Positions 62,997-64,000 of a stretch of DNA of 64,000 nucleotides are shown piece after piece. The first letter of the stretch is position 1. Each line of letters starts with the position of its first letter. The notes under the pieces were generated by a model, which saw only the letters and a program-made list of their open reading frames with translations, was not told the origin of the DNA and searched no databases. The translations under genes and the position numbers were made by a program. Source of the stretch: Candidatus Latescibacterota bacterium (GTDB lineage: Bacteria > Latescibacterota > UBA2968 > UBA8231); NCBI GenBank assembly GCA_965203175.1, contig OZ241867.1, forward strand, positions 960,001-1,024,000, read 5' to 3'.

Positions 62997-64000
62997 CCCA
63001 CTTCTCCGTCCGCAGCGAGAGCTTCCCTCTCGCCCAGACCTTCACCATCTCGCGCGGAGCCAAAACCACCGCCGATGTCGTCGTCGTCGAACTGAACCGC
63101 GACGGCTGCGTTGGCCGCGGCGAGTGCGTCCCTTACCCCCGCTACAACGAAAGCGTGGCCGGAACCATAGACGCGCTAGAATCGCTGCGCCCACAGGTAG
63201 AAGCCGGCCTCGACGGCTCGACGACTCGACTGAGCGGTTCGGCTGAGCTCACCGTCGAAGCCTCGCCGAAGTCTGAGCTCGCCGAAGTCCGAGCGGCATT
63301 GCAACGCACTCTGCCGCCCGGTGCCGCCCGCAACGCCTTGGACTGCGCCCTGTGGGATCTAGAAGCTAAAATCAGCGACCGCCCTGCCTATGAACTGGCC
63401 GGATTAGCAACACCGCGTCCAATATCGACGGCCTACACCCTCTCGCTCGACGATCCAGAAACCATGGGCCGAGCCGCTGCCCAGCACGCCGACCGCCCGC
63501 TGCTCAAGATCAAACTCGCCGGTCGCGACGATCTCGACCGCGTCGCCGCAATCCGCGCCAATGCCCCAGACTCGACCCTGATCGTCGATGCCAACGAAGG
63601 CTGGTCCGCCGACCAAGTCGAACCGCTCTCAACCGCCCTAGCTCGTTTGGGCGTCGCGCTCATCGAACAACCCCTGCCCGCCGACCAAGACGCCCTGCTC
63701 GCCGAGTTGGAACACCCGGTCCCCTTCTGCGCCGACGAATCCTGCCACACTGCCGCCGATCTCGCGGAACTAGCCGCCCGCTACGAATGCGTCAACCTCA
63801 AGCTCGACAAGACCGGCGGCTTCAGCGAGGGCCTGCGCTTGGCCGCCGAGGCGCGCGCGTGCGGATTGGACTTGATGGTCGGCTGCATGATCGCCACCTC
63901 GCTGGCTATGGCGCCGGCTGTCCTGCTGGCGCAACAAGCCCGCTTCGTCGATCTCGACGGCCCCCTGCTCCTGCAAAAAGATCGGGAACGCGGGCTGCGC
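62993..64000 (+). CDS. dgcA: Enolase-superfamily epimerase, DgcA/YcjG-like (runs off 3' edge; absent from ORF track)
   Basis: Translated by hand from GTG 62993: FTISRGAK, GECVPYPRY, AARNALDCALWDLEAK, KIK, DANEGW, EQP, ADES, KLDKTGG, GCM, DLDG. Confidence 0.9.
   Translation, partial: MTHFSVRSESFPLAQTFTISRGAKTTADVVVVELNRDGCVGRGECVPYPRYNESVAGTIDALESLRPQVEAGLDGSTTRLSGSAELTVEASPKSELAEVRAALQRTLPPGAARNALDCALWDLEAKISDRPAYELAGLATPRPISTAYTLSLDDPETMGRAAAQHADRPLLKIKLAGRDDLDRVAAIRANAPDSTLIVDANEGWSADQVEPLSTALARLGVALIEQPLPADQDALLAELEHPVPFCADESCHTAADLAELAARYECVNLKLDKTGGFSEGLRLAAEARACGLDLMVGCMIATSLAMAPAVLLAQQARFVDLDGPLLLQKDRERGLR
63215..63289 (+). repeat. 75-nt in-frame insertion of three nested hairpin mini-elements (24+24+27 nt)
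   Basis: GGCTCGAC[GACTCGACTGAGC[GGTTCGGCTGAGCTCACCGTCGAAGCC]TCGCCGAAGTC]TGAGCTCGCCGAAGTC. Confidence 0.88.

Noticed and set aside
62993-64000. dgcA as a pseudogene
   Set aside because: The insertion is 75 nt with no stop, catalytic motifs are intact, and it is missing from the ORF track only because the stop lies beyond the window.

Overview
GC-rich (~60%) bacterial chromosomal segment, most likely from an FCB-group lineage outside Bacteroidota (Latescibacterota/Gemmatimonadota-like; inferred from the long SecA, short RpoD/SigA-family sigma factor, PorV-like barrels and FlgD/CHU_C-tailed proteins). Housekeeping genes: secA (5'-truncated), purC, rhaB, tgt, purF, yajC, fmt, tRNA-Ala(GGC), mfd, two PPIases, nrnA-like, argF, moaC, icd, lipB and CIRCE-controlled groEL without adjacent groES. 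These are interspersed with envelope genes (four large FlgD/CHU_C-tailed secreted proteins, two PorV-like barrels, several lipoproteins), a divergent sigma-54-type nitrate/nitrite assimilation cluster, a Phd-RelE toxin-antitoxin pair and a phyH-dgcN-dgcA operon running off the 3' edge. Most striking observations: (1) a 24/27-nt hairpin mini-element nested three deep, in frame, inside the dgcA-like gene, with another copy at the end of a methyltransferase gene; (2) a nitrate reductase paired with a fused DmsB-DmsC membrane module in an assimilatory context; (3) a PhyH-family enzyme with a halogenase-type HxG motif coupled to dgcNA; (4) a T9SS-like cargo/shuttle set with a shared C-terminal SW(G/A)xL(R/K) tail on two lipoproteins. 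No CRISPR array, rRNA, transposase or integrase was seen. All calls come from reading the sequence and recalled family motifs; no searches were run.
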